The notes beneath the pieces are model-generated. The model worked only from the letters and a program-made list of their open reading frames with translations, was not told the DNA's origin and did no database searches. 64,000 nt of DNA from a virus. The stretch's first letter is position 1, and each line of letters begins with the position of its first letter. Location of the stretch: positions 123,140 through 187,139 of IMG/VR virus record IMGVR_UViG_3300050821_017570; one strand, given 5' to 3'. The position numbers and the translations under genes are program-made. Shown here piece by piece: positions 40,707 through 49,853 of this stretch.

Positions 40707-42114
40707 TGCGCACGTATCCGACTTCTATCAGGGTGTAGGCTTGTCGCTTGACCGCGTCCATACAGAGCTTAACCGCCTGCACAGCACCGTAAACCGAGGG
40801 GGGTGTCTCTATTCCGGCTAACGAAGGGTATAAGACCCTAACCGGCATGCCGACCCCAATGTCGGTACGTAGCGGGCACATCAGGTGCATTGAGTAGCCA
40901 CGGAACGAGTACTCAAGCGCCCACTCTCTGGCGTAGAGGTTGCCGAACCCGCTGGCGATGCCGACCGGGATGTCGGGTGTGTAGACGTTTCCGAACGTAT
41001 CGGTGAACGTTGACAGCCATGGCGGACATGGGACGGCTAGTACCGTACCGAGTGGCGAAGCACCAGAACCGGTGGCACGCTGGTAGGTTCCGATCAGAAA
41101 CGGCACACTGTTGCCGGCTGGTCGGCTATTGCCAGCGATGTTTGATCTCGTCAGCGCTACCCCACGAATCGAATTGGGTTCCTGGTTCGACCAGTTCATG
41201 TCCGTCACGGTACTTGGGTAGATGGTCGTGGCGAGTGCGGCTGGAAAGAAATGGCTATACGGGACAACTTCAGCGTAGCCGTTAAAGGACTCGACTAGTT
41301 TGAACTTGAACTCCTGGCTCATATCGCAGATACGGTTGTAGAACGACTGCATGCGCAGGTCCGTGGTGAAGCTCAGATTGAGATACACGCTGATAGAGTC
41401 GGTGAGATTTTCATAGTTAAGCGGACCAGGTGTCAGGGTACCAACGATTGAGTTCAGCTCAGCTGCGGCGGCCGTGTTGACCTGGGTACCAAAAGCAGCC
41501 AGATAGTCACCCACCACACCACCTCTCTGGGTGTCGGGATTGTTGCTACCCTGGGTGGCGATTGTGACCATACCACGTTGCAGTTCAGTCCAGAAATTCT
41601 GTAAGAGACCACGGCCATTAAACGCATAGGCTGGCGCGATATTTTGGCCAGTTAGAAAGGTGGCACCCAGCACGCCTGTGGTGTCGATGTACGAGCTGGC
41701 GACCAAGCCAGCCATCTGCAGGGTGCCGGTCATCAGGATGTAGAGCTTGCTCACCAGGCGAGCCCTAAGGTTGAAATTTCCCTTATTGAGGTTTGAGGGA
41801 CCCGAGTCATCCAGCACTCCACTAAACGCCACCTGTTCGCCCTGGTTGAGGAGTATGGTTCCGGAGACCGGATCCACCACTGCGGCACTCGCATTCAGGA
41901 TGATCTGGGCAGGTGTACCGCGTCCAACCGACAAGAAACCAGACGCAACGATTCCCGAGCCATCGTTGATGTAGCCAGTCGATAGGCTGCATTCAACGTA
42001 GGCAGGCCCGTTCAGCATGTAGCTGACTTCACAACCCGCCAGCGGGTATGTGACGCCAGCGATACTGAGGGACATCGTCACCGAGACCGGTTCAACCTGA
42101 ATCGGAGTACTCAT
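40609..42114 (-). CDS. baseplate hub (gp27/late-control D-like)
   Basis: Start at MSTPIQ via ATGA overlap; C-terminal PLRTDIGVGMPV..VYGAVQAV; synteny. Confidence 0.6.
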   Translation of the reverse strand: MSTPIQVEPVSVTMSLSIAGVTYPLAGCEVSYMLNGPAYVECSLSTGYINDGSGIVASGFLSVGRGTPAQIILNASAAVVDPVSGTILLNQGEQVAFSGVLDDSGPSNLNKGNFNLRARLVSKLYILMTGTLQMAGLVASSYIDTTGVLGATFLTGQNIAPAYAFNGRGLLQNFWTELQRGMVTIATQGSNNPDTQRGGVVGDYLAAFGTQVNTAAAAELNSIVGTLTPGPLNYENLTDSISVYLNLSFTTDLRMQSFYNRICDMSQEFKFKLVESFNGYAEVVPYSHFFPAALATTIYPSTVTDMNWSNQEPNSIRGVALTRSNIAGNSRPAGNSVPFLIGTYQRATGSGASPLGTVLAVPCPPWLSTFTDTFGNVYTPDIPVGIASGFGNLYAREWALEYSFRGYSMHLMCPLRTDIGVGMPVRVLYPSLAGIETPPSVYGAVQAVKLCMDAVKRQAYTLIEVGYVRSDTIQAAEPGLSGYTHPIWASQYAGQRLDFTG

Positions 42115-42821
42115 GGGGACGGCTGCGATCCAATGGCGGTCACGATAGCGGCCAACTTGTCCAACGCGGTAGGAGCACCCTGATACCAAGCCAGAATGTC
42201 AGGCGTCATGATACCAGCCGGATTGATGGTCTGGGATCGTGGTAGTGCCTGTTCGATCCAACTGAAGCCAGCCCGCTGGTATGACACTTCCCACGAATTA
42301 CCGCTCACGGGAGCCGCTACCGTGAAGACAAAGTTCATCGTACCACCAGGAGCGGTGACGGTGTTGGAGATACCACCGCTGAAACTGATGGTGACTTCCA
42401 CGCTATTGCCCAGATCGTCGACAATCGTCAAGTGAGTCGAATCAACCATCGTGAGGGTCCACGAGGCCGATTCAGGGGCTGTGGGTGGAATGATACACGA
42501 GAGGGTAGCGGGTGAGCCACCCACGGTGGTGTCCTGCACCACCACACCTGAGTTCTTGAATCGATTACGGATCGTCTGCTTGGTGTAGGTGAGACGCGTG
42601 TCGGTCGCAGTGATGTAATCGATAAGCGGTGACTCGGCAACCAAGTCGGTCAGCAGGAGACAACGCAAAAACAACGTTTCCCGTGAGATCGCCGATCCGA
42701 TGATCGCATCCCTCACGTAGAGTTCTGCCGGGCTGATGACCCTTGGGGTAAAGGTCGGCCAGCAGAACTGCGCAGGTGCGGTCGGATTGTTATCCAGGGT
42801 GGCGAGGAATTGGTTGAACAT
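42111..42821 (-). CDS. baseplate-associated protein
   Basis: 236 aa with a central beta domain; synteny. Confidence 0.55.
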   Translation of the reverse strand: MFNQFLATLDNNPTAPAQFCWPTFTPRVISPAELYVRDAIIGSAISRETLFLRCLLLTDLVAESPLIDYITATDTRLTYTKQTIRNRFKNSGVVVQDTTVGGSPATLSCIIPPTAPESASWTLTMVDSTHLTIVDDLGNSVEVTISFSGGISNTVTAPGGTMNFVFTVAAPVSGNSWEVSYQRAGFSWIEQALPRSQTINPAGIMTPDILAWYQGAPTALDKLAAIVTAIGSQPSP

Positions 42822-43279
42822 TAGTTGGACATCCAGGCAACGAATTCTAGCTGCCCACGTAGCATATTGCCGTTGTCGGAACTTCCAGTGAGTTGAAACC
42901 CGATGGCGTATCCGGTAAACGACTGCTGCCCTATAATAAGGGTCGAAGGGATCGGGTTATCGGGCGACAGACGGGTATTCTGGTAGACCTGTAGGAACCC
43001 CGAAACGTTGTCGGGCCCCAACGTGTCACTCGACCCACTACAGGCCGAGTTGAGCAACAGGTCGATCGACATCTTGCCCACGTTGTCACCAAACGGTGTC
43101 ACATAGACTGAGCCGTTCAGGGATGGCTGGAACTGTGCCGCAACCGATCCGCTGGCGTTGAAGCCAATCACCACCCCGGTCGTCTGTACGGGACCGAAGT
43201 CGAAAATCACACCCTGAGGGTTGTTGGCCTCAATAGCCACTAACGTTCCGGGCGCGGTCGAAGCAAAGATGTCACTCAT
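42821..43279 (-). CDS. tube-like baseplate initiator protein
   Basis: 152 aa; QPSLNGSVYVTPFGD; tube-like pattern right after the tape measure gene. Confidence 0.6.
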   Translation of the reverse strand: MSDIFASTAPGTLVAIEANNPQGVIFDFGPVQTTGVVIGFNASGSVAAQFQPSLNGSVYVTPFGDNVGKMSIDLLLNSACSGSSDTLGPDNVSGFLQVYQNTRLSPDNPIPSTLIIGQQSFTGYAIGFQLTGSSDNGNMLRGQLEFVAWMSN

Positions 43280-45699
43280 TTGTGGCTTCCTGACATCGGT
43301 TTCGTCCCATTCACCGTGTAGTGGATGTTGTCGGATGCACTACGCGCCTGTGCGGAGAAGTCAGTCGCTGGGATTTGCTGGCCGCCCATGTTGAGGTTGA
43401 TATCGAGCGTACCACCTACGTTGACGTTTTGGGTACCACCACCGCCAGCTCCACCAGCGGTGAGGTTAGCGTTTTTGGTGGCCGCCTTTGCCTTCATGAT
43501 GGCATCATCGCTATCCTGGCCCGCCCCCATATCGTTAACCACCTGGACACCTTCGTCGGTACGCAAGATACCTTGCTTGTCTCGCACTACCGAAGTACCC
43601 AACCGCTCCAATACGCTTAGACGGTTTTCTTTGATCCCGAATCCGCGCAACGTGGTCTGAGCCTCTGTTAGCTGATTCAACGCAGCCGTTTTATCCTCTT
43701 CGGATGCCTTGGGGTCGTTCAGCACCTGCATGGAACTTTGGACCTGCTGACCAGCGCCAACGAACGCATCTTTCTGGTCCTGGTCCGAATTGATGTAATT
43801 AACAAAATCAGTTTCGCGCTTACTGCGCAGGTAGCCCATTGATGCCAGCACATCTTCAGGTTTGCTGATCTTCCCAGTGAAAAGCGCCGGTAGAAGCCCT
43901 TGGTTTTCCTGCAGACGCTGAATCGCTTCGCTCTCGAAGAAAGCACGATTCGATTCAATCTTGTGTCTGGTTGCAGCGGTCTGATCGAGTGTGCGCAGAA
44001 CCATATCGGAACCAAAAAGGTTCCGCTGGTACGTGCCACGGTTTACATTCGTTTCCAGCGCCCTGGTTAGGTCACGTAGTTCGGGAATGGTCGAATGGCT
44101 ACGCCGGGCAACCTCTTCGATATCCGTGACCTGATGGGTCATGAACTGATCGATAGCAAACCGATCTTGTGGGCTTTTGTTCAGATACATAGCGATGCGT
44201 GGATCCGAACGGGCGATCCTCGCCGACTCATCGAAGCTCAGCTTGGCAACCATCCGCTGGTACTTCTCTGGGCCAATCTCACGAATCAGTGACTGTTCAC
44301 TCTCGTTGAGTTCTTCTGCCGTCAGATGTGCACCCAAAAGGTCACGACCAACCCCACCCCGGCGTGCCGTTTCGAGTCGGGCCGCAACGTCGCCACGATC
44401 GATTGACTGCAAGATCTCAGCGCGTTGTTTATGATCAGCCAACTTGAGCATCGAAAATAGTTGCGACCGATCAGCACCACCGGCCCAGCCGGCCATCACA
44501 TCCATCGCACCCTGACGGGCTGAGTCCCCGACATCCATCCGCATGCCAGATTCGACCGCCTGTTGCTGGCTATACCGGCCAACCAGATTCGACATCGCGG
44601 CAACCTGAGTCTGAAACAGTAGGGTACCACCGTTCTGGGACTGCAGCACCTTCGCCATATTGAGCAGCTCGGTACCAGAGGTGCCGGCTGCTTTACCGAA
44701 TGCTTCAATCTCCCTGGCGGCTGCCCGGATCTTCTCGACGTCATCTGCCGAGCCGGCCGTTACGCCAAACGACTGCCCCAACGCCATCGCGGTTTGGCGA
44801 TCGACGCCAAACGTGTTCATAAGTGATCGGACCGCCTTCCCGGCACCGATCGCACCCTGATAGATCGCCGCACCTTTGACGTCGGCTTCAACCTGATAGT
44901 CAACCGTGGCACGCTGTTCCGGTGTAAGAGAAGCGTAACTCCGGCCAGCGAACTTCTCCTCAGTACGCTGCTTACGGGCCGCCTGACGGACCTGTTCACG
45001 ATCAAACTGGGCGGTAAAACCCTGGTCCATCGCGAATAAGCCCAGATCGGCAAACTCATCTTGGTTGAACCCTGACATGGCCGCAACGTCGCGTAACCCG
45101 TTACGCTCTGTCATCAGGCTACGGGCACGTTCCAACGCGTTCAGATTCGACGTGCGGATCTGGCCACCCGGATCCATCATTCGGGCCTGCATGGCCATCG
45201 CCTGAGCACCACTCGCGGTAATCTGATTGGGATTCAGGGCAGAGATAAGATCACCGACACCAGGGATGCCTTGTAGCCAAGGTACGATCTTGTTGAGCGT
45301 GCCACCCATATCGGGGCGACCTAGTGCGTTGGCGATCTGCTGGCCCTCGTTGAACAGGTAGTGCATCTGTGTGTGGTGCAGCAGCTGTTGCTGTTGGAGT
45401 GCCATCATGTCGGCGTTCTGGTTGCCCATAAGCCGACTCATCATGTCGGGGGCTAAGGTAAAACCAGCCGCCGTGGCCATCATGCCTAGGGATCGCCCCA
45501 TAGGTCCAAACTGACTCCCAATGGTTCCAAACCCCATGTAGGCGTTGGGGCCCATATCGGGATTCAGGAACCGTGGGTGGTACGAATAGAGCCCAGGCGC
45601 ATCCTGCTGCTGACCACCGTTAAGGACGGTCATCATCATGCTCATGAGCATGCTTGGGGATAAACCGTCAGGCATATCTACTGAGCCGGAGTCACCCAT
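43276..45699 (-). CDS. tape measure protein
   Basis: 807 aa, helical and Ala/Gly/Met-rich, downstream of the chaperone pair. Confidence 0.75.
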   Translation of the reverse strand: MGDSGSVDMPDGLSPSMLMSMMMTVLNGGQQQDAPGLYSYHPRFLNPDMGPNAYMGFGTIGSQFGPMGRSLGMMATAAGFTLAPDMMSRLMGNQNADMMALQQQQLLHHTQMHYLFNEGQQIANALGRPDMGGTLNKIVPWLQGIPGVGDLISALNPNQITASGAQAMAMQARMMDPGGQIRTSNLNALERARSLMTERNGLRDVAAMSGFNQDEFADLGLFAMDQGFTAQFDREQVRQAARKQRTEEKFAGRSYASLTPEQRATVDYQVEADVKGAAIYQGAIGAGKAVRSLMNTFGVDRQTAMALGQSFGVTAGSADDVEKIRAAAREIEAFGKAAGTSGTELLNMAKVLQSQNGGTLLFQTQVAAMSNLVGRYSQQQAVESGMRMDVGDSARQGAMDVMAGWAGGADRSQLFSMLKLADHKQRAEILQSIDRGDVAARLETARRGGVGRDLLGAHLTAEELNESEQSLIREIGPEKYQRMVAKLSFDESARIARSDPRIAMYLNKSPQDRFAIDQFMTHQVTDIEEVARRSHSTIPELRDLTRALETNVNRGTYQRNLFGSDMVLRTLDQTAATRHKIESNRAFFESEAIQRLQENQGLLPALFTGKISKPEDVLASMGYLRSKRETDFVNYINSDQDQKDAFVGAGQQVQSSMQVLNDPKASEEDKTAALNQLTEAQTTLRGFGIKENRLSVLERLGTSVVRDKQGILRTDEGVQVVNDMGAGQDSDDAIMKAKAATKNANLTAGGAGGGGTQNVNVGGTLDINLNMGGQQIPATDFSAQARSASDNIHYTVNGTKPMSGSHK

Positions 45700-46085
45700 T
45701 ACTTCGTTACCTTCGCAGCTGTCCGTAGGACATCGAGGTCGTTACCAAATATGGTGACCCACTGGGCCATGCGATCCTCGTACGACATCGTACCGGTATT
45801 CTCACCCTCATAGGGGCCAAACCAAGGCAACACTGCGGCTTCATAACGGTCGATCGCAGCCCGTGCGTAGTTCTGGCACTCTTCGGCACCGACGCCGGCG
45901 ATCGCCTGAGCCCCAACTGCCTTAATCGCATCCAACTCCAGGACCTTAACCCGGGTCTGGTGGTCCAACGCATTTGTCACGAGAGTGAGCTGTTGCCACC
46001 CTCGTTTGGTACGTTGCCAGGCCGTAAAATCGATCGCGCCGACTGACGAGGCCACCACCATCAGGTGTCGGAGTCGGCTTTCCAA
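45699..46085 (-). CDS. tail assembly chaperone, frameshift extension (gpT-like)
   Basis: Lies in the -1 frame relative to 46061..46924, entered at GGATTTT. Confidence 0.65.
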   Translation of the reverse strand: MESRLRHLMVVASSVGAIDFTAWQRTKRGWQQLTLVTNALDHQTRVKVLELDAIKAVGAQAIAGVGAEECQNYARAAIDRYEAAVLPWFGPYEGENTGTMSYEDRMAQWVTIFGNDLDVLRTAAKVTK

Positions 46086-46924
46086 AAATCCGGGTTTTCG
46101 GCCTCACGCTGGAGCCGACCAACCAGAACGGTGAACTTCTGGTTTGCCTGCATGATGGCGTTCATGACGGCCGCACTGGTGGTACGTTGGAGATCCTGCC
46201 AGGCCGCCTTGATCGGCCATACACCCTGGCCGCTAGCCGATGGGGTCTCGAACGGTGCAAACGACTTGGCGAGATCATTGGTCGTTTTGAGTTCGGCCAG
46301 CTCACCAGTCATCTTGTACTTACTGAATCGCTCTAACCGTGTCATCAGGTGCTCTTGCGAACCCGGTGCCCCGTTGGTACCTTCGCTGACATCGTCCGCC
46401 CACGCCTGCCGTTTACACTGATTGAGCTGTTCCTCTGTCATCGTCCGCAGCGTTAGGATCAGGGCACCACCGAAAAAGCTGTACTGCTTCTCAAAATGTG
46501 GAGCACCCAGGATGTGGGCCAGATAAGCTGCCTTGTCCGCGTATTCGACTGGGTCTTCTTTCGGCTTTGGTTTCCAGTCGTGGTTCACGTCAGCCGGGTT
46601 TGCCGCTGGAGCACTCGACGTCTGACCACCCGCCAGATCAGGCTTGCCGGTAAACGAGCTGCTGACTTCTTTTAGCTTCTTAGCACGCTCTAGCACATGA
46701 TCAGGAACAATCTGATCTAGCAGGGCAGCCGCTTCGGGTGAGTCCGGCCTACCGCCTATGGCAGGCTTAGCCAGCGCCGGAGCCTTCTCAATGCGGGGTG
46801 CGGCCAGTACCTTGCCGTCCGACGTGATACGGTTCTGCTTACGGAGATCCTCGACTTCTGTATCGAGAAGTTGTTCCAGCTTGAGAAGCGGGTCGATCTG
46901 CTGGTCAGCAGGTAGGTTAGCCAT
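46061..46924 (-). CDS. tail assembly chaperone (gpG-like)
   Basis: Upstream of the tape measure gene; ends in ..ENPDFW; Pro/Ala-rich N-terminus. Confidence 0.65.
   Translation of the reverse strand: MANLPADQQIDPLLKLEQLLDTEVEDLRKQNRITSDGKVLAAPRIEKAPALAKPAIGGRPDSPEAAALLDQIVPDHVLERAKKLKEVSSSFTGKPDLAGGQTSSAPAANPADVNHDWKPKPKEDPVEYADKAAYLAHILGAPHFEKQYSFFGGALILTLRTMTEEQLNQCKRQAWADDVSEGTNGAPGSQEHLMTRLERFSKYKMTGELAELKTTNDLAKSFAPFETPSASGQGVWPIKAAWQDLQRTTSAAVMNAIMQANQKFTVLVGRLQREAENPDFWKADSDT
46085..46091 (-). other. putative -1 programmed frameshift heptamer G GAT TTT
   Basis: 0 frame CCG GAT TTT TGG; the -1 frame GGA TTT TTG GAA AGC is the frame of the downstream ORF. Confidence 0.65.
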
Positions 46925-49271
46925 TAGGGTCTCCGGTCAGGAAATTCAGGTTAGCGGCGACAAACTGACCGGCCACCAGTGTAGCTTGGGTAGGATCACT
47001 TGGCAACGCCACGGCGCCAGTCGTAAGGTCTACGTAGAGACCATTCGTCTGTAGCTGATACGACTGAGTCCCCGACACCCATACCTCATAGCCAGGGAAC
47101 GCACTTGTGGACATGTTGTCACCTGCGACGCTCAGAACGGGTTTCTCGACCCACGGATAGGCAGTGCCGAACCCACCGATACGTGACATCGCCTGCCAGG
47201 ATGCTTCGGGCAACCACCACGCGCGGGTTGAGTTGGTTCCCAACTGGGTGGATGTCCAGAAGCTGAAGCCAAGCCGATCGAGTGTCTTCTGATTGAGCGG
47301 GGTCGCTTGATTGAAGTAAACGGCGTAACCGGTTTCGGCAAATCGGATCTGATCCGACAGGTTAGTAAATACGGCCGTGATGCTGGCAATGGTTTGGTTC
47401 ACGTTGGTTAGCTTGGCTGTCCCCACATAGCCTGGCGCAACGATCTGGTTGCCAGCTTCGATCGACTGGGCGATAAATGCCGTGCCGAGCGCATCAAGAT
47501 CACCCTGACAGACAATACCAGTCGTTGTCATACCATTGGTGGTAAAGGTATGACCGGGGGACGTGCCTTGGGTATCGTGAGCAATCACGAGCCCCTTCGG
47601 TACCTGCATTTCGATCTGTTGGCTCTTGAGATAAATCGCATTAGCCGATTCCAGCAGAATTGGCTCAGCGGTCGAGACGATACCAACTTCCGCTCCAGTA
47701 ACGAAGGTGCCGGATGCCGACTTAAGCAGGATGCCATTGATCTGTTGAACCGCCCCCGTCCCTGGCACCGACACCGTGGCGACCGATTTGGACTCAATCA
47801 AAACACCACCGGCTTGGCCATCGTTGCCACCCATCATGCTGAGTTGCTGGTCGGCCTTGATCAGCACGGCGCCGGTATTTGCGCAAACATCTACGTTATC
47901 ATTCGCACGAATGGCAGTGCAGGATCCGCTGATCATGGTGATGTTACGGCCAGCCGAAATCACAATATCGTGTGGTGCCGCCATCATGATGTTGCCACCA
48001 CTCATGGTGACTTGGCTATGATAGGCATCTTCAATCACGACCGAACCGTCGGGCATGAGGGCGACGAACGATCGCCCCACATAGAACGTTTTGGGTCCAA
48101 CGATCGGATCAATCGTCAGGCTGAACGATCTCGGCAGATTACGCCACATGCTGGTGTTATAGCTGGTGTGCAGGAGATCATTCGGTACGCCGGCAGGCTG
48201 ACCGGCCGACGGCCACTGTACGGGTAGACGGTTGAACCCACCGAATCCTCGAATCTGCTCAATCCCAGACGTCACGTCGTATAGATGTTGCGCATAGGTG
48301 ACCCCATAGGGATCGGTTGACGCGGTGGTGACAAATGGGCGCGGATTGGTCAGTACGGTCTGACGGAGTGGGTCGGCATCGAGTGGCTGTTCTGGCACCA
48401 GCTGTGGGGCAGCCGTGGTCTCTACGGCTTGCGACTCCTCGGGCACCACAATGCCGGCATATCGCTGGAGGTAGACGCCAGATGCGCTCGTTAGGCTGTA
48501 TGAACCATCATCCGCGATATGTTGGTGAAATAGAGCCGGCCGAGCCGTACCACGCGCAGCCTGGATGGTCCGGAACTCATGTGACCCACCGTGGATGGGG
48601 CCGGCGATCGTATGGTGGCGTGGCAGCAGATCTTGGAACGCTTCACTGGGATAGAAGACGCGAGTCTTCGACTCCACCATCGAATTACCATGACGACGCT
48701 CGTAGTCCTGATGGATCAGGCTGATGTACTCGAAATCCAGCGCCTGAATTCGCGTCAAATTTGTATCATGGAAACAAGTGATCCCACTCATGGGGCCACC
48801 ACGGAGCCAGCTGCGGAACTGCTCGACCGCTATGCCGCCGCTGCCGTGTTGGGCCAATAGCCCGACCTCACCATTGCAGAGATCGACCCCTACGTCACTC
48901 GGATAGCTGGATAGGGCGATCGTTCCCTGCTGAAGCAGTGATCCAACCAGCCTGGTGTCGAGCTGAAACCCCGAGACCTGCGGCGATGTGACCAGCCCAT
49001 TGGGGGACGCGGTCGTGATGGCCCATGCCGGATCCACGATACCGACGATGGCGCCAAAACCGAGACCCGGCTGGGCAAGGATGAATACATAGGTTCCGGC
49101 CTGAATTCCACCAGCGTGTTGGACCCCAGCCACACCGGTTCCGGCCCCACCGTAACTGCAGATGTAGCGACCAAAGTCAGTTACGACCTGATAGGTATGC
49201 AGACCCTGATAGGCCGCCACCACCGTGCCCATCATGGCACTTAGGGTTGACGGAAATCCAGCAACACCCAT
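46917..49271 (-). CDS. baseplate central spike, gp5/VgrG-like
   Basis: N-terminal OB-fold-like region and beta-helix-like repeats (VTMSGGNIMMAAPHDIVISAGRNITMISG). Confidence 0.7.
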   Translation of the reverse strand: MGVAGFPSTLSAMMGTVVAAYQGLHTYQVVTDFGRYICSYGGAGTGVAGVQHAGGIQAGTYVFILAQPGLGFGAIVGIVDPAWAITTASPNGLVTSPQVSGFQLDTRLVGSLLQQGTIALSSYPSDVGVDLCNGEVGLLAQHGSGGIAVEQFRSWLRGGPMSGITCFHDTNLTRIQALDFEYISLIHQDYERRHGNSMVESKTRVFYPSEAFQDLLPRHHTIAGPIHGGSHEFRTIQAARGTARPALFHQHIADDGSYSLTSASGVYLQRYAGIVVPEESQAVETTAAPQLVPEQPLDADPLRQTVLTNPRPFVTTASTDPYGVTYAQHLYDVTSGIEQIRGFGGFNRLPVQWPSAGQPAGVPNDLLHTSYNTSMWRNLPRSFSLTIDPIVGPKTFYVGRSFVALMPDGSVVIEDAYHSQVTMSGGNIMMAAPHDIVISAGRNITMISGSCTAIRANDNVDVCANTGAVLIKADQQLSMMGGNDGQAGGVLIESKSVATVSVPGTGAVQQINGILLKSASGTFVTGAEVGIVSTAEPILLESANAIYLKSQQIEMQVPKGLVIAHDTQGTSPGHTFTTNGMTTTGIVCQGDLDALGTAFIAQSIEAGNQIVAPGYVGTAKLTNVNQTIASITAVFTNLSDQIRFAETGYAVYFNQATPLNQKTLDRLGFSFWTSTQLGTNSTRAWWLPEASWQAMSRIGGFGTAYPWVEKPVLSVAGDNMSTSAFPGYEVWVSGTQSYQLQTNGLYVDLTTGAVALPSDPTQATLVAGQFVAANLNFLTGDPNG

Positions 49272-49294
49272 GCAGGCATCCTAAAGATATAAGA

Positions 49295-49349
49295 ACAAAA
49301 AGAAACCCGCCAGGTTGCGCATGCCCTTACGGGTAGAGGCGTGGCGGGT
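49295..49349 (-). terminator. rho-independent terminator after the tail tube gene
   Basis: ACCCGCCA...TGGCGGGT followed by TTCTTTTTGTT. Confidence 0.7.
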
Positions 49350-49373
49350 GCGTTGGACGATAACTGAAACGAC

Positions 49374-49826
49374 TTACTGCCGCATGCTCACGTAGGTGAA
49401 CGAGAGTCCAGTGTCGACCAAGAAGCCCTGAACCGTAGATCCGAGCGTGAAGTTGGTCGCAACCGGCGCATCCAGCATGACTGCCGTTCCAGCGGCACCA
49501 GCGCATGCGTTGTTGGCAGCCGAGAGGCTCATGGTCTGCCCGGAAGCCGTGCAGATATCCGACATACCAGTCAGTAGGGCACTCACGATACCGGCAGGTC
49601 CGACGATCTGCTGGAGTGAACCCTGACCCTCTGTGCGGCCCTGGATGTAGAACTGGTTAAGCGAGCCAAGCTCCCACACCCGAGTGATGCTACGGCTGTA
49701 GGCGACCTGGATCGATTGAACCAGTGCCCCTGCGAGGGTTGAGTTAACCGAACCAAGCGTTACGGCAAACGAGGTACCCTTGAATACGCCCCCGAGTTGG
49801 GAATCGATACCAAAGACGTCAGTCAT
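49374..49826 (-). CDS. tail tube protein
   Basis: 150 aa; LVQSIQVAYSRSITRVWELGS..YIQGRTEGQGSLQQIVGP; follows the sheath gene. Confidence 0.85.
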   Translation of the reverse strand: MTDVFGIDSQLGGVFKGTSFAVTLGSVNSTLAGALVQSIQVAYSRSITRVWELGSLNQFYIQGRTEGQGSLQQIVGPAGIVSALLTGMSDICTASGQTMSLSAANNACAGAAGTAVMLDAPVATNFTLGSTVQGFLVDTGLSFTYVSMRQ

Positions 49827-49853
49827 GTTAAAGCCTCAAGAGTAGAGTCAGAG

